From assembly GCF_006345805.1 (NCBI RefSeq), contig NW_021828250.1, positions 1 through 8,957 on the forward strand: a stretch of 8,957 bases of DNA, read 5' to 3'. How positions within the stretch are numbered: position 1 is the first letter of the stretch; each line of letters starts with the position of its first letter. This DNA comes from Octopus sinensis (taxonomy: Eukaryota). Below are positions 6,784 through 8,957 of the stretch, piece by piece. The notes below the pieces were generated by a model. That model did no database searches and was not told the origin of the DNA. It was given only the letters and a program-made list of their open reading frames with translations. A program made the position numbers and the translations under genes.

Positions 6784-7019
6784 GAAAATTGCTTAGAAGA
6801 AGCAAGCACTCGCTGTCTTATACATGAGCTCACACACACACATACACACACACTCGCAAAACATACTCCATCATCATAGAGTAAAACTTCATCAACGTAG
6901 AGTAAAACTCATTGTGCGTGGGCAAACACACACCTATCGCAAATGAGAAATCCATGCGTTAATTGGGCACTTGCTTGATGCAAAAGTAATCTGCTAAATG
7001 CACCGAGAAACATTTCATA

Positions 7020-7101
7020 CACTCATATATATACATATATACGTATACATATTACAAACAAATATATACTCACAATATACATACAATAACGTATGCATAT
7101 G

Positions 7102-7147
<46 letters not shown>

Positions 7148-7760
7148 ATATATATATATATGCATATGTATATGTATGCACATGTATATGTATGCTAAAA
7201 CATTAAAGAACGAGGACACACACATACATTCACATGATGCACATGCAATATATATACACAATAACCACATGTGAATGCTTTGAAAGCGAGTTCGATTTTT
7301 TTTTTTTTTCACTTATCACGATGTTATCGTTTCAAACACATTCACGCGTTGCACGAGCATACAGACACGCTCACGCACGCATATAACAAACACGAACCCG
7401 TGCATATGACATACAGCAACATATATACGCACCACATTATTCTTCACAACTTCGCACCTTTACATGCATACACATTAGCATATATCTATACACATATGTG
7501 TGTGTGCGTATATATGTATATATATATATGTATATAGATAGATAGATAGATAGATAGATTGATAGATAGATATATCAATATACATATACGTATATATATA
7601 CATATATATATATACATATACATATATAAACATATATATATATACATATACATATATGCATATATACACATATACATATATACATATATAAATATTATAT
7701 ATATATATATATTATATATTATGTATGTATGTATGTAGTATATATATATATATATTGTAC
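7020..7760. repeat. Long compound low-complexity region of (AT)n, (AC)n, (GT)n, (AGAT)n and (ATAC)n
   Basis: Direct reading. Nearly continuous purine-pyrimidine alternation. Confidence 0.9.
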
Positions 7761-8155
7761 ATATTATACTACCCTATTTTAGTTAATTGTTTCACGAATC
7801 ACAAGATTCCACAGGCATGGTGTTTAATATCGTTTCTCATAGTCTTAAGGCGATGAGAGGATTACAGCTAGGATATGGCATTGGATTGTTCATCAGGAAA
7901 ATAGTTTTCAATAACATTAGGTGCCATCTTTTGGGTCCATATATGTATAACAAACTAACTGGAGGCCCTCTACGTCGTTACTCCATTAGCTAAAATTAAG
8001 TACCAAATCCCCCTCACATCAGAACTATGGACTTCAAATAAAATTCGTAGAGAATATTATAATATTAAGCATTGCTAATAAACGGCAGCATATCAACAGC
8101 GAGAAAGCCGTTCGTCATTGCTCTGTTCAGAGTTCTTCTGAGGCAGACAGTACAC

Positions 8156-8256
8156 TGTGTGTGTGTGTGTGTTGTGTGTGTGTGTGTGTTGTGTGTGTGT
8201 GTGTGTGTGTGTGTGTGTCGGTGTGTGTCGGTGTGTCTGTGTGTGTGTATGTGTGT
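8156..8256. repeat. Interrupted (TG)n microsatellite, ~100 bp
   Basis: Direct reading. Confidence 0.95.
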
Positions 8257-8299
8257 TTGTTTAGACAATTTTTTAAAAATTATTACAAGTTGCTGTAGG

Positions 8300-8422
8300 G
8301 CGGCACACTGGGCAAGTAAAATGGCACTTCATCTGTCTACTTTCTGAGTTCCAATTCTGCCAAGGTCGACTTTCATCTTTTCGAGGTCGATAATTCAAGT
8401 ACCATTTGAATACTGGGCTCGA
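8300..8422 (+). mobile_element. Diverged SINE copy (head remnant, B box, core; tail lost)
   Basis: TTCTGAGTTCCAATTCTGCCAAGGTCGACTTTCATCTTTTCGAGGTCGATAATTCAAGTACCA matches the family. A 6-nt deletion (GCCTTT) lies between two TTT microhomologies. Confidence 0.85.
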
Positions 8423-8635
8423 ACTTGCTGGGATTTTTTGCCAGAATTTGAATCCATATTACAAGAGGATTTTCTACTAATCTTTAAGGCTGAATGGCTT
8501 CCCGTTGTTTTCATTTACCTTATTTGTATTCAGAAATACAAGAACACAAAATAATAATTAATTACACAGAGATTATTTCTTCCGTTTAAATCTTAGCAAT
8601 GTATCAATGAATTATGCTTGTCGCAGTCTTTGTCA

Positions 8636-8761
8636 CGGATATAACTCGACACTGGCGGCAATATTCGGGCAGTTTCTCCTTTATGCCATAGTCCAACATC
8701 GAATCGATTCAGTAGAGCTAAGTTTCGTGTAAAATAACGGACTCCATACTTCTCCATAGAG
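8636..8761 (-). pseudogene. Possible relic of a non-LTR retrotransposon ORF2 (region just C-terminal to the RT core)
   Basis: Minus-strand translation LYGEVWSPLFYTKLSSTESIRCWTMA*RRNCPNIAASVELYP resembles the LLYG.EVW...IE.IH...LG...PN.A...ELG.YP pattern of RTE/RTEX-like ORF2. Recognised by eye only. Confidence 0.35.
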
Positions 8762-8957
8762 TCAATCTTATGGTGAATCTTTGACTACTCAACCATCACA
8801 GTGTCCACCACTTTCCAGACAAATCACAATGAAAATATTTAAACTCTAAATACAGCACAGCATCTAAGTAAACACAGATCGATTGTACAATATCGTCACT
8901 GCGTAGTGTTGAGGTTGAACTACTTAAAATACCTATATTATTATCTACAGCTTAGCA

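Noticed and set aside
6872-6912. 21-bp-period duplication containing TAGAGTAAAACT x2, considered as a CRISPR-like or minisatellite array
   Set aside because: Only two units in a eukaryotic context; an ordinary short tandem duplication.
7787-7993. 68-aa non-repetitive ORF
   Set aside because: Non-ATG start in the track, no recognisable homology, and no supporting in-frame splice sites.
7993-8015. AAATTAAGTACCA match to the SINE core
   Set aside because: Only 13 nt and the flanks do not align.
6225-8347. ORFs 6225-6458, 6998-7198, 7070-7312, 7271-7537, 7475-7669, 7486-7677, 8065-8268 and 8072-8347
   Set aside because: Microsatellite-derived YI/HT/CV repeats.

Overview
AT-rich, microsatellite-dense eukaryotic non-coding DNA (intergenic or intronic). 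No intact host protein-coding gene is recognisable. The dominant short repeat resembles a tRNA-derived SINE I associate with Octopus genomes, so a cephalopod origin is likely (recollection/inference, not verified). Main contents: (i) a 1,249-bp decayed Tc1-type DNA transposon (2871-4119) with 49-bp TIRs, TA flanks and a frameshifted transposase pseudogene; (ii) six or seven copies or fragments of one tRNA-head SINE family, of different ages and in both orientations, with two alternative 3' tails; one is a full-length young copy with a perfect 17-bp TSD (5583-5817); (iii) a 5'-truncated retroposon 3' end (5249-5511, minus) embedded in a GATA array, whose last ~50 nt match one of the SINE tails; (iv) a candidate MITE overlapping a CpG-rich, palindrome-rich segment (about 4441-4892); (v) a tandem duplication of a compound microsatellite unit (592-922); (vi) a possible LINE RT relic near the right end. 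Almost all supplied ORFs are microsatellite artefacts; only 3833-4030 is a genuine (pseudo)gene piece. I found no evidence of a novel protein-coding system. The most interesting signals concern retroposon modularity and local mutation processes.
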